Below, piece by piece: positions 1 through 13,789 of a DNA stretch of 64,000 nt. The position numbers were made by a program, and so were the translations under genes. How positions within the stretch are numbered: position 1 is the stretch's first letter; each line of letters opens with the position of its first letter. Under the pieces are notes generated by a model, which was not told the origin of the DNA, searched no databases, and saw only the letters and a program-made list of their open reading frames with translations. Source of the DNA: Epiperipatus broadwayi (taxonomy: Eukaryota; Animalia; Onychophora); assembly GCA_028023455.1 (NCBI GenBank), contig JAQFVV010000004.1:124001-188000 (forward strand). Direction: 5' to 3'.

Positions 1-45
1 CTTTCATTCTGCAGTGGATCAGTAATGATTAAAAATGATGATATA
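1..45 (+). mobile_element. 3' tail of an RTE-clade LINE (truncated by window edge)
   Basis: ttcattctgcagtggatcagtaatgattaaaaatgatgat resembles the 3' end of the RTE copy at ~61700-61745 (ttcatcctgcagtgaatcaataatagttgaaaataataatgat). Confidence 0.45.
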
Positions 46-502
46 TTTACTATTATTTCATTAAATTGTTATTTTTTGTTAGAATTTAATGCAGAATCTT
101 TTTAAGGTGCAATATTACATATTTTAATTTTTTTAAAAAAAAGACAATTATGTAATTTTATTTAGTATTGGTTAATATAGTTTTATATTTAGTAACTATT
201 AAATCTTATAAATTTTTTTATAGTTTTTTATGTGAATTAATAAATTTTTATCAAAAATATGTCCATTTTTTCATTTTTTTTTGTAATATAAAAGATTTTT
301 AAATATAAAATATTTAAAGATTTTTATGCACATGCAATTGCTATAGAAATTTTGATAAGTTATTGAAAAAACTTAATAACCTTAAAATAAGATATTTAAA
401 ATATTAGTGAAATTAAATATAATTTCATTTTTAATAACATTCAATTATAAAGTTGACAATAATAATAAAAAAATTTATACAAATTTTCATTTTTTTTTCC
501 AG

Positions 503-565
503 ATCATTTACTACAGCAAAAAAAGTAGATAATTTGGAACCAGACCCTACCACAAAACATAAAGG
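503..565 (+). CDS. Candidate 63-nt internal exon (SFTTAKKVDNLEPDPTTKHK), unknown host gene
   Basis: Strong pyrimidine tract + CAG acceptor (ttttcatttttttttccag), gtatgc donor at 566, open phase 2-2 frame. No recognisable domain. Confidence 0.3.
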
Positions 566-1750
566 GTATGCTTTATTTTATTTATGCAATGATTCCATAA
601 CTCAAAAGTCAAATACAACAATTCTAAACACTGTTATTTTAAAAAAAATTAATTTATTTACAATAATAAAAAAAAAGAAAGAAAATAAAAATGAAAGACT
701 ATCATAACTTGAAAGTGGCATCTTTCTGGAAAACTAATTTAATAAAGGATATGAGTTATGAATGTGAATTTTAAATAACTTTATGTTGATAATAATAATA
801 AAAATATAATAATATGGAAACTTGTTAGAATTAAAAATATATTTCAGAAAAACTTCCACAATTATCAAACTTAAATATAGAGTATAATTTTCAGTTCAAT
901 TTTCTCTCTCATATTAAATATTTTTCATATTTTAAATTACTATAGGATATTTGAAAATTATACTCATAAATGAAATAATTTTTATTTATATCAAGTAAAC
1001 TAATACAGATAAACCTGCCACTTATTGACTGATTTGTGAAATAAATAAAGTTACATTAATGTATGCATGTGTGTTTGTAGCTAGTCAATATAAAGGTTAT
1101 TTTAATCACTCTATAAATAATGAAATGCAGAATAAGTAAAATTATGCAAAATGCAAGTTAATCTGAATATTCTAATTTACATAAGGACAATAATAAAATA
1201 TTTATGAAAATTAGAAGAGTTATTAAAAATATCTGCAGAACTTTAATGGAAAAGAGAGATGCATTCAAAGCCAATTAGACTGAGTCAGAAATAGTTGAGT
1301 AACCAGTAAGATACTTGCTAAACTCAATGTCTATGAGTAGTGTAATGCTGATGAAAATGCTAGTGGAAAACTAATAGAGAAAGTTATTAGACTTAAATGA
1401 AGAACTTTTAATAAAGTATAGTAATAGAGCCAAACTCATAAAAAAAACATCTATATAATTAAACTGATTATTCATGGAGTTTAAGCAGGAAGTCACTAGT
1501 TGAATATCCTAATCTATTGACTAACTCATATATATATATTCTAATAAATTTGTTGTTATCAAAACCTTTTTTGTGTTTATTTTCAAAGTATAATTAATGA
1601 GTGTACAGCTGCTTAGATTAAAGTCTGGCCCCATATATATCAATTGCCACAGCCAACAGTTCTAAACTTGTAAATATCAGTTGACATAGTCATCAGAAGT
1701 TGTACATATTAGCTATTAACATGGACCTATATACTGTAACGTAATAAAAT

Positions 1751-1895
1751 GGGGGTGGGGGTAGAGAAGATGGGGAGAGAGAGAAGAGAGAAAGAAAGAG
1801 AATAGGAGAGATAATGGAAAAGAGTGGGGAAAGAGAGAGTAGAGTAGAGAAAAAGAAAAGAGAGAGTGGAGAATAAAAGAATAAAATGAGAGACT
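1751..1895. repeat. Purine-rich (G/GA)n low-complexity tract
   Basis: gggggtgggggtagagaagatggggagagagagaagagag... almost free of pyrimidines. Confidence 0.8.
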
Positions 1896-4207
1896 CTTCA
1901 GCTAGACACAGCAGGGTTACAATAAAATTTATAAAATGCTAATACACAGAGATTTGCAACAAAATGGAGGAAAAATCACAGTGCTAGCAAATAGTCAGAG
2001 CACAACAATAATTTTGAATAAATTATTGAGGAAAATTTCCACTTTTCAATTATTTATAAGTCTTAACCCTCCATCGAACCCCTGAGTACAACAAGTTCTA
2101 ATCAAAATTTTAAAAAAACCTTTATGAATGAAATTTCTTATCTGATGTTTCAGAATTAAATGCTAATTCAATCATCACTTCTAACAACATGATTTATAAG
2201 AAATTCAATAAAACTAGATTCCATCAGATGTGCTTCTCTTCTAACACAGGGAATCAATAAGAGCTACTTCTTATACTAGTTCTAATTAATATCACAATAC
2301 ATAAAAATTGTTTAAGTCACTGGAAGATCAACAAGAATACATGTTCTCAGGGTTCCTATTGCAACTCTTGTGACGTACTAATATATGACGTTGTTTGCTA
2401 AGCAACAGAATAGATAAGTGAATGATATCCTGGGCCGACTATAGGAGATAATGACTTAACTTGAAGTGACCACATCCTATTACAAGATAACAATATTTGT
2501 CACAATTAAAAAAAAAATCTTTATTTAAATTTTTAATTGTAAAAATTAAAATATTCACAATTTGGATTAATTATAATCTTTTACCCAGGACATCACCCGG
2601 GATAGGAGAAAGACAAGAGTGCTTTTTATGACCTTCCATCTTCTCACAAACAACCTCCATAAATAATTAAGTGTAAGCTGGACCTTGACATTTATATAAT
2701 ATAATAGTGTGCAGTCTAAAATAGCATGGATAATCTTCATTTCAAAGAACGCAATCTTCTATCTTAGAAGATAACATAGTTTAAATACTTCTTAGACTAA
2801 ATATTATTTTGGGTATCTGCAAATATGATATTACCTGTCACAATGATTTCACCTAGAAATCAGAATTAAATGCATGATTTTTTTTGATTTTTTATTTCTA
2901 TGAAATAAAATATACTGTGTTACTTTAATTAAATAAAAATAATTGATGTGATTAATAAACAATATTGAGAATCCAAGACAATAGCATATAAAAAAAAACA
3001 GAAACTGAATATAATTTAAATAAAGAATCAATAGGTTTATTTACAATTCTATTAATATAACACAGATTTACATAACTTTAAAAACAATTGCAAAGATAGC
3101 GCTGTTACAAACATAATAGTCATTGGACTGACAATATCTACAACTCTTTTTTTTTGTTGTTTAACAAATGACCCCCTAAGGCTTCTATTAAAATAATAGT
3201 TACATGATCACCTTATTTACTAAATAATGAGAATAGAGAATTAGCACTAGTCAATTCTTACATACTTTCATTAAAATAAGTCATCCCTCATAGAATAATA
3301 AGTATCATAAAATTTATATGCTTTAAGTAGAGTTACTTATTAAATTAATAGCATATAATTGCTCTAGATTTATTCATTCTAAATCAACATATTACAACAA
3401 TAAGTAACCAGGATTAATAAACTGATCTACTAATATTTGACATTATCAGTTCACTACATCTAAGCAAAAGCTGATGTATTTTTTTTTAAATAAAATACAT
3501 TTCATATTACAAATAACTACTTTTTATTGTTCAAACTAGTAAAATAACTGAGTGAATGAATTAAATAAAGAACTAAATAAATTAGTAAATGTATGAGCCA
3601 CTTATCAGAAGTCATTTGCATGCATAAATTATAAAATTATTGTCCACATAATATAAACTACATCAAATGTTGAAAATAAGTGACTTACACATTCTTTGGA
3701 GACCTGGATGATTACAGTAACTACATAGCATGTGTGGATTGCACGTGTTGGCCATATGCTTATAAATTAAGCATCGAAATTACTATACAGAAAAAGAATC
3801 AGAATTAAAACAAACACTTTTAAGCACTAAAATAACCAAGTGCCTCCTGAAGAAATTAAATCTTCCAAACTAAATTATCTTGGCATTATATATTAAACAC
3901 AAGCAATCTCACCTACTATGGTGAAAAATTAGCTTTAAACACATCATCATGAGTGATAGGCCAACAAAGATTCTGCAGAGTAACTATCATGAATAAATGA
4001 ATACATTCTAAGTATGGTGGCTTCAAAAACATCTACATCTGAGGCAAAAGAGGATGCCTGGACTTTGTCACAGCACATCAAGAAAATATGGACAGACACA
4101 CCAAGAAATATATGATCCTCTCCAGGGATTTAAACTTTACTTTCAAAATATGTGATAACCATCACTGAAAATAGGCACTACCAACTCATGGAACAGAGTG
4201 AAATACA

Positions 4208-4383
4208 GATAGGGAATTTATCCGCTCCATCCAGCACAATAATCAATATAATAAGTAAGGCCTGACATTATAAGGCCATCAATATTATAGCTAACGATAG
4301 GGAATTTATCCACTCCATCCAGCACAATAATCATTATAATAAATAAGGCCTGACATTATAAGGCCATCAATATTAAAGCTAAC
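4208..4383. repeat. Tandem duplication, 2 x 88 bp
   Basis: gatagggaatttatcc...ctaac starts at 4208 and again at 4296 with few mismatches. Confidence 0.9.
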
Positions 4384-5040
4384 AATACCAAGATAAAAAC
4401 ATCACAATGACTAACTAACTAAAGCCATATTCAAAATTTTAAATACAATAAACAATGTCTGAATCAACAAATGCACTTGGAAGTCAAATGACTGTGAACA
4501 TTAATAAAGATAATTAACAGCATATAAAATTTTAGTATCAAGTGTCAATACACACGAGTATGAAATATTAAAATTTTAAACTATAATGACTAGTGGACAT
4601 GAATGGAAATGGAAATAAAATATGAGAATAATAATTCTTAAAGCATAAAATATTTATGAATAAATTTACTGTTGCACTTATGCAAAATATAAAATAACTT
4701 CTGATAACAATTTTTTTTTGGCTGTTTGGCAGATAACGAAGTAAAAATACTGTATATTTGAAATAGCTATTGCGAGAGATAAAATCTCCACTGACCTAGA
4801 ATAAGCAAAGTAATACTCTAGCTTGTAAAAGCACAGATTAACTATAAATAAATATTACTTATTAATGTGTAGACTAATTACACATTTATAAATCTATAAA
4901 AATTAAATTTACACAAATTAAATACCTGGCACTTGTAATATAACATAATATTACATAAAATATATCAAAATTTCAAAAGAAAAATATTGCACAAAATTTT
5001 TCTTTCTCACTTTTTTTTTATACCAATAAAGAAAAGTTCA

Positions 5041-5690
5041 TGATGTGATGTGATGTATTATGGCTTCTCCTTAAACAAAGTCAAGAATATCTCAGCAATT
5101 ATGCCCAGATAAACCTGTTAGCCACTTTATTTTCCATTCCCCACTCTAAATTTTCCCATATTCTGCTCCATCCCATTTCCACAACATAATCTTTGTCAAC
5201 TCTATAACCTTTATATCTAAATCCCCTTTATATTTTCCCAAACCCAGCATAAAAACCAATAATTCACTTTCTGCATAATCATTTTTTTCATATTTATTCT
5301 TCCATAACTTCATTATATGTACCCTTTCTGTTTTCAAGCATTTACATTCAATTAACAAATGCCTAATATTTTCTATTCCTTTCTTACATAATTTACAAAA
5401 TAAATCAACCTTTTTTTTCCATTTACATGTATATTCTCTTGTAGCTAAAGATAATTATTCAACTTTCTATGATTCTTACCCTTTCCTTTAAATAATAATG
5501 TTACTCTTGTATTACTCCAACTACTTGGGAAAACTCTATTCTGTGCCATTTTATTAAAACAAGATAATAACTTTACTTTTGCCATCTGTTGAGAACACTT
5601 AATATTAATTTGACAGGAAAATATTTTGCGAAGTTTCAGGTCCAATGAAATATTTCAAGCATGGCAAAAGAATTTATGAAACGAAACATA
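5041..5690 (-). mobile_element. Internally deleted non-LTR retrotransposon (LINE) fragment with (CATCA)n 3' tail
   Basis: Minus ORF 5445-5645 has the RT N-terminal motif FPSSWSNTRVTLLFKGKG..LNNY, followed by a C-terminal-like ORF (5146-5358). The 3' end (5041-5145) recurs at 57697-57805. Confidence 0.65.
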
Positions 5691-7699
5691 AAACAGTTCT
5701 TATATCTAAATAGTTCTGAATTTAAACAATTCTAAAATATAAGACAGACAACAAATACACATATTTGAACAATAATTTATCACAACAATGAAAATGACAA
5801 TGTTGTAAATGATAATATAACTTTTCAGCTGACAGAAATTTTTTTTTTTGGAATTCCATAGGTTAATTTAGCTAAAACATAGCTTCATTTTAATTTTTCT
5901 TAAGGACACGTATTTGAAGCATTGAAATTATTTAGATACATTTTTTTTTAAATGGTTTATGTGAAATAAGACATTCCCAGCTTATATTTTTCAGCTATTC
6001 TGTTTTAAACAATTCTGTGAGCACTTTTGTTTCTTTTAGCAAGGAATATTTCAGAGTATCAACTGTCTATAAAATATTTCTGCTAAAGACATGGCATAAA
6101 TTAACAAATGAATATCCTATATTTCTCATAAATGGCAAATTATATTTCTCCAAAATATTAATTGAAGAGTTCTAGCATAGTAATACTTTTTTTTTTGAAC
6201 ATCATTATCATATGAAGAATTTTATTCTAAAGCAGATAATTATTTAAGCATTTCTAAAATTATTATTTGAAACAATTCTAGTGGTAATTCAAATGTTAAT
6301 AATAAAACAGGTGAATTAATACAGTGCTTTAAAAAAAAAAAAACTTGAAATATACAGCTCTTTAGTCTATGCATTTTAATCTTTTTTTAAAACTTCTATT
6401 TAGCAATAAACCAAGCACAAATAAAACTGGGAAATTGTTGTGCTTAATTTTTAAATTGTTTGTCAATGAGTATAACAATTGCAAGTTATTACAATTTATT
6501 CTAAAGCAAAATTTATTTAATTGACTGCTAAGAAAAATTAAATTTTTCCAGAGCATTTTTGATTGAGAAAGTTTAATTGCAATTTGGTATCAAGAAATGG
6601 GAATACCTGAAATTACTCAGAGCACATTGCTGATTGTAGAATAACCAAATTTAAGTTAACTACTTTTATAAAAGCAAATAATGAAAATGTTAACAAAAAT
6701 AATATTTAACAAATTAACTTGTTGTGCCAGTGGATGTCAGAGAGAGAACTATCAGACACGAAATCAAGATGATCCATGAAGAAGTACCAGAAGAAGTAAA
6801 CTTCCCACCTTGAAAAACCTTTATTTATAGTATTTTTAAATTACCCCTTTTTTTTTAAAGCTGTCAATTTCTTAAAATACCCAATCAACAAAATTTATAT
6901 ATATGTATTTTTAAATTCAATCACAAGACAATTCAATCTATTAATGACATCATTTTGATCTATATTCTTAAAAAAAAAATGAAGCGATCTGACAAACTAA
7001 TTTGGAATAAAGTTTTCTTATAAAAAAAAATCACATTTATTTTTTTCTACAGATTGAATTACCTTAATATATTTCTTAACTAAAACCCAAATTAATAACT
7101 ATTTATCTATTGAATTTATTATTTATAATTTTAAACATGAGTTTAAATAACTCAAAATAAATTACTTTAGCAATTATAAAACATAATTTCCCAGCATTCA
7201 CACGCTCACACACATTTGACCCAAGGAAATAATGTTCCAAACTTTAACTTAACTTATTAATAATTGCTTTTAAATAACTAATTGTAATTTATAACAATGA
7301 CCTAATAAAACATTTAAAGATATTTAATGCTAAACCAACTTTAATAAATTTAACACTGACTTCTAACAAACTAATATTTTTAACTTTTATGCTATTATCC
7401 TAAAAATTAATGAAAGCTAACTTTAAATTAATTTGATATTCTCTTCTCTCCTAACTATTAAACTATCACTAAATATTATTTTCTGGCACATACAACAATA
7501 TAAGATGGCTATTACTGAAAGAAATTTAACTGTTATACTTAAAATAAATATAAAAATAATACATCTACTTTACATACAAGCTGTATTAAAATATTTTACT
7601 AGACTATTGTTTGTTACACATTTTACTTATGAGTTAACTATTTTTTTTTAAAGAAATCAGATAAACATGCAATTGGTTAAGCTAAGATTAGGAATTGGA

Positions 7700-10600
7700 G
7701 CAAGTGTAAAAATACTTGGTCACAATACGTACAAATGCAGAACAGTGCAATAATGCTTTTCAATGTAAGCAATCATGTTGAAAAATACATGATAATCAAT
7801 AGTAATTAGTGATGACAAGTTGAAAGTTTCCACCCTACTATGGATGTCAAGAAAGGATGTTCTGCAATTAACAAATTGTTTGTGTGACCCAAAACTACTT
7901 GAAGAATCTCATATGAGAAGTTGCTGCAAAAATTAAATGTGTATTTCAAACCTACCATGTCAAATACATAGAACATCTTTGTTTTTGTAACAAAATGCAG
8001 TCACTAAATGAAAATATAGGGTAGTATGATTTAGCACTGTGAGGTTTAGTGAAGGAATGTGAATTTAGAGTTATTTAGAAGAGATGCTATTGGACCAGTT
8101 GTTATGGATCACAAGTGACACGAATCTTAAACACATACTACCAAGTGAGTCTATACTAAGTTATAATGCTGCCATTGAGTGAGATATAGCATATGAAGCT
8201 ATTCTAGATCATAAGCAGGAATTTAAAAAAATGCAGTTGATGAAGCAAAGACAAGTACCTGGGTAAATGGAGTGAGAGCACAGACCACATAGAAGAATTT
8301 TACACAGGTAAGTCAAAATCTGTTATTGCTGTGAAAAGAAGAGTCGCAAAAAATGTTCAAATTTAAGGTATGTAAGTGCCTTAACTGTGGTTTAACAGGT
8401 CATTTGTCAAAGATTTGTATTAATAAATGACCCTTGTCTAAAATGGTTTGCTGGTGAATAGTAAATTGAAGGAAGGAGTAGAAAAGAAAGCCATGAATGT
8501 GAAAACGAAATCCTTATTAGATATTAGAATTTGTAATCAAATAATAAAAATGGAAATAGATAGCAGGGCAGATATTTCACTCATGTTGTTTAAAGATTGA
8601 ACAGCCATTAGTAAAATAGGAATAAAATAAGATTCAAATCAATAAAACTGATTTAATGGTAACAGATGTCAATGCAAATCCAATTAATATCAAAAGCATA
8701 GTTCTAGTACCTGTAAAGGTAAATAGCCATGGTAAAAAAAATTATTTCTGTACATGGTAACAAACATTAGTCGTATACTATGACATAACTGGTTTAAGTC
8801 TTTGGCAGTTACGGTAATTATAATAAAAAAAGTGAAATTAGAAGTAGAAATAAAAAATAAATTTCCTTAGTTCTTTAAGTCCTGCCCAGCAGAATTAAAG
8901 AAGATACCAGTAAATAGACCTAGTGGAAAATGCACAACAAGTCATTTGTAAACCGTTTGCTTTTAAACCTAAAGAGGGGAAAGTACTAAAGAATTTATTA
9001 AACAGAGACATCTCATTACACTAATGGAAGAATTCATTTGGCAATATCTATAGTCACTGCCTTAAAAGCAGATAGAATGTAAGAATATGTGATAATTATC
9101 ATGTAATTATAAACAAAAATGTCAATAAAAGAGCTTATCCCATACAAAGCATAAGAAAAGTATTAGCTTCCCTGCAAAAAGCATGATGTTTTACTAAATT
9201 AGATCTGCCATCATCATCTTACCAAATCTCTGTTACAGCCAGGATAGCTGAGTAGCTTACAATAAATATGTATAATAGATTATTTAAATTTAATAAATTG
9301 TGATATGGAATTATTATAGAATCTAACATTTTCCAACCCAAAATGGAGGAGTAGAATGAGCTATACCATATGTTGATGATATCCTAATAGTTGCTGAAAG
9401 TCAATCTTGGTTGAGTAAATGAGTATAGGCTCTCTGTGATAAGCTAAATAAGTTTGATGCTAGACTAAATGCCTTGTAGTATATTTGGTCGGCAAAAAAA
9501 AAATAAAATTCTTCTGACACATAATTGATAATATTAATTATCCTAAACCAGAGAAAGTTATTGCCATTTAAAATACCCTAAAGCCAACAAATATTAAACA
9601 GTTGCAAGCTTTTTTAGGATTATTGAACTTCTGTGAAAATTTCCTAAAAGAAAAATCTCATCTAATCAACCCCCTTTTGAACTATGGAGAGTTCAACAGG
9701 ATGAAGCTTTTGGAAAAGTGATGGAATTTTTAGCATCAGATAAAATATTAGTCTGTTGTTACAAACAGCAAGGAGTAGTAATTACAACAGATACTTCAGA
9801 CTTTGGTATTGGTGCCATGATTTTACATAATGTATATGAAAGCAAACATGACATTGCATGCTCTTCCAGAACATTTTCCATGACTTAGAAAAATTATAAC
9901 CAATTGGACAAGGAGACTCTGGTAATAGTATTCATAGTAAAGAATTTCCACTGATAAGTTTTTGTGTGGTCTTTCAAATTGTTGTTGCAAACAGCAAGGG
10001 GTGGTAATTACAACAGATACTTCAGACTTTGGTATTGGTGCTATGATTTTACATAATGTATATGGAAGTAAACATGACATTGCATACTCTTCCGGAACAT
10101 TTTCCATGGCTTAGAAAAATTATAACCAATTGGACAAGGAGACTCTGGTAATAGTATTCACAGAAAAGAATTTCCACTGATAAGTTTCTGTGTGGTCTTT
10201 CAAAATTTACACAGACCTAGGCCTCTATTGGGAATATTTGGAAAAATAGAAAGACTCCAGATTCCCCAATGTATGCTGAGATGTATAAATATTCTGGCTT
10301 TGTATGGTTTTGAAATATACAAGCTGGGAAACTAGATAAAACATTCAGATGCATTTTTGACAACTCTTAATAAAAATATACAAGTCACATTAGTGAAATA
10401 AATTACATAGATATAATGAAGCCAAGAGTAGTGAACAGTAAGATTGTAACTGAATGGACAAGAAATGATGAAGGCTACCAATTAGTAAAATATTGAATTA
10501 AACATAGATAGCCCCCCCAAAAAAAAACAACCAAGCTATGTAGTGCCACAAATTTGAAACACAGAAAAATTTGTCCATATGTTAAGAGTGTATTTTGATG

Positions 10601-11240
10601 AAGGACAAAGTATTGGTTCCAACTGAGAGGAGGAAATGGCTGTTACATCAAGGATACCTTGGGATTGTACATTTGTGTACTACAGCTGTTACATCACAGA
10701 CAGCTGGGATTATATATTTGAATGAATTAGCTCATTTGTAAATTTGGTGGCCAGATATGAATCAGGACATAGACCAAAGAAATGCTATATTTGTCAAGAA
10801 ACAGGCTACAAACTAAACAGTTCCAGCCTTGACTAGAAGCTACAAAAACATGGGAAAAGGTTACCTAAACCATGCTTGACACATATTTCTAGTAGTTATT
10901 GATTCATTTTGTAAATGGATAGAATACTAAATGGCAAAAGAGCACTAATACAGAAAATGTGATAAAGTTTTAAATAAGCTTTTTGCTACACATGGGTATA
11001 CTGAAAGTGTAGTAACTGACAATGGTGCAGGATTCAGTTCAGTGCATTTGCAATACACCAAATCAAATGGAATAGCAGAGAAGGCTGATAAACATCTTAA
11101 ATACATTGCTGAATAGGATGGAGTATGCTGATATCCACGAAGCACTAATAATGGCAGTGTTTATCAGCACTTCATGCTGATTAAAGTTATAGAGAAAATC
11201 CTAGCAGAACTACTTATGAAGCACTGTATCCCATACATAT
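7700..11240 (+). mobile_element. Decayed Ty3/gypsy (Mag-like) retrotransposon internal region
   Basis: By-eye translation: CCHC knuckle CLNCGLTGHLSKIC (8377-8418), protease EIDSRADISL (~8555), RT FTKLDL and PYVDDILI (~9366), RNase H VITTDTSDFGIGA / NYNQLDKETLVIVF, integrase WWPDMNQDI, VVTDNGAGF, SNGIAEKA. Many stops and frameshifts. Confidence 0.85.
9754..10205 (+). repeat. 226-bp tandem duplication of the RNase H-coding segment
   Basis: tgttgtt(a/g)caaacagcaagg... starts at 9754 and again at 9980. Confidence 0.9.
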
Positions 11241-11721
11241 TGTTTTATATGAACTAAATATATTGCTATTTTTTTAATTCAATTAGGAGTTTTTAAGCAA
11301 TTTATGAATGACTTTTTGCTATAATTTTCCTGATACACATCCCTTCTAAATATCTATCAATGTTTAGTGATTTGCATGTTGAAATTTCACTTGCTTTAAA
11401 GCATGTTTCCATTGGAAATATGGTGAAATACATACTCATAGCTCACTGGGAAAAAATAAATGATGTCAAAAAAGCTCACTATTTTGTAGAAAATGTACTA
11501 AATGATAATTGAATATTTTCCAAGAATTGGTAGTGATATTTTGAATTATTTCCATTATTTTATTACCATTTATAAAGTCTTCAAAAATATCTCCTCTATA
11601 AACTTTTCTTTGAGGTACACTAAATAATCATCTGTGATTTTAAAAGTATTTATCTTGAATTTTGTTTTTCAAATGTAAATCCTAATCTATTTTGATTAAT
11701 TGCTATGTTGAGTATATTAGG

Positions 11722-12895
11722 AATTCAAAATATAAATTGTTCATTCATACACATCCTTACTAAATATTGCTAACATATACATTATGAAGAATAAATATGA
11801 ATAAAAACTTACAAACTACAAAATTAATTGTAAACAAAGGCAAAACTCCCCATACAATAGTGCTACCCTGTATGGGGAGTTTTGCCTTTGTTTACAACAA
11901 ATTATGTGCTAGTATAGAGATGGTGATCATGTGATGTTTGATGGTTTAATACAAAATTAATCTTGGACATTAATAGACCATGGCCATGAATTTCAAGTTC
12001 TTATGCAATATTTTGGATCCATGATTTCAGAGTGACACATTTCCTACTTGGCTTGTTGGGGTTCCTAGTGTGACATAAGGTGAATGAATCAAGGCATCAT
12101 CCCGACAGCAGGATAGAAAAAAAGACATCAACAACTGTATCCGGAGGCTTAGCAATGCATTTAGTTGGTGGCTTCTTCAGTGATAAAGGTAACCATGCAG
12201 TAAATCATTCTGTACCACTCTCTGGGTCTTTTCTATGCAATTTGCTGTTTGATGAAAAGTGCAAGCATTAACCACAAGAAAAACTACTCTAAAAAATTTT
12301 TTTTAAAAGTTTGCAGGGTCGCCTTTTATACCCAGAGCCTATCTTCCATACATCTACCTAGTCACACCTTTTTTATCTTCAGGAATTTAATTCCCCACCA
12401 AGTTTTTCATAATTTATTTCAAAATTAATTATCAGTGAAATACCTAATATTTATTTTTGGCTACAAAAATAATATACTCTTTTCAATCAAATGAAATGAA
12501 TACAAAAAAAAAAAACTATGCTTAATACATAAAATTTATTTATACTATATTTTTACATTTTTACCGATTAAACTTCTAATTGCATTTGTTGCTGGTTGAC
12601 ATTCCATTCGCCCATCTTTAATTTGCAAGAGAAGAGATACAAAGCCTTCTCTTCTTATAACACATTCCCTCCTTCACCAACTATAGGTAATTATATTGAT
12701 TACATTTTTTTTATCACTTTTAAATTTTCATGTATATTTTTTTTTTTATCTGGGTGGTCAAACAAATAAATTTTCCTGCTTATTAATGAAACGATTTATT
12801 TTCTTATTTTTCTAAAGATATATATTTTCTTTCAGTAACCTCCATCCTCTTTACAGAATGCTAAATATACATTGAACCAAGTAAATGATACAATA
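11722..12895. repeat. Dispersed repeat copy 1 (decayed unidentified coding sequence on minus strand)
   Basis: Colinear with 16009-17174 (shared blocks such as caacaactgtatc(c/t)ggaggcttagcaatgcattt), with visible divergence and indels. Confidence 0.85.
11829..11949. mobile_element. 121-bp insertion with 12-bp TSD containing a perfect 29-bp hairpin
   Basis: TSD tacaaaattaat at 11817-11828 and 11950-11961. Absent from the paralogous site (~16098, aactacaacatttatcttggac). Arms ttgtaaacaaaggcaaaactccccataca / tgtatggggagttttgcctttgtttacaa. Confidence 0.85.
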
Positions 12896-13789
12896 TCTCC
12901 TTGATCAGGTGAAGAATCAAAATTTGGAATAATTTAATCCTATTTTATTCTTAATTAATATACATAAAACTTTCTAGAATAAATTCTTTTATATATAATT
13001 GTGGGGTCATGCTCGCCTTGTTTTATGTACCTACAAGCTGGGATAATTTTAGGCTGGTTCTCCACTATTTCATTTAACTTTTGAGCCTCTATTCAAATTA
13101 AATCTTTCATCATTATTTTGTATTTATATGTTTATTTTGTCATAGTTTACTGAAAAATATGACTGCTAGTTCCAATCATGATGGATAACAGTCAGTCATA
13201 GGTCATAAGCATACTATGCATCATGAATACTGGGATAGTGATCTCATTTTAAGCACTATAATGCACCTTTTGACACAGAAGGAATTAATAAAACCAGGTT
13301 TGTTTCATCATCCTGCAGTCTTGCTCATTTGATTTTATGAGTTTTAAAAGCTCATGATTCCTGGCACAGCATGGTAATCAGAAATATTTTATATAAGTCC
13401 TGCTCCTTTGAGACTTAGAGGCTAAAAAAAAATCAAATCTACAACATTGGGTATGTAGAATGCAGAGATATTTAACTCCCAAAAATATCATAAACATGCT
13501 GCACCATGACACTAATGATATCACTAATCATCCATCATTATCACGTAAGCACAGCAACATATATCAGCAATTACATATATATAATTAATGAATTCGTCCA
13601 AATTTGGTTCAACCTTTTTTTTGTGTGTGTAGATTTATTCTCCTTTTATCATAAAAACTTATCGTTATTTTTTTTCTTTTCTCATTGGACCGATCCAGAG
13701 TCTTCATGGAACAGGTCATTTGAATGTAACTATTACTGCTATTTTTATTTGTAGCTAGTTGAGGTTTGCGAAAATGTAGACTGATCACT

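Noticed and set aside
4208-4383. ggcct/aggcc stem in the 88-bp duplication as a hammerhead
   Set aside because: Core truncated and GAAA absent.
6731-6813. Coding-looking stretch (VDVRERTIRHEIKMIHEEVPEEVNFPP*)
   Set aside because: Frame ambiguous, phase does not join exon 503-565 in this reading, and there is no recognisable homology.
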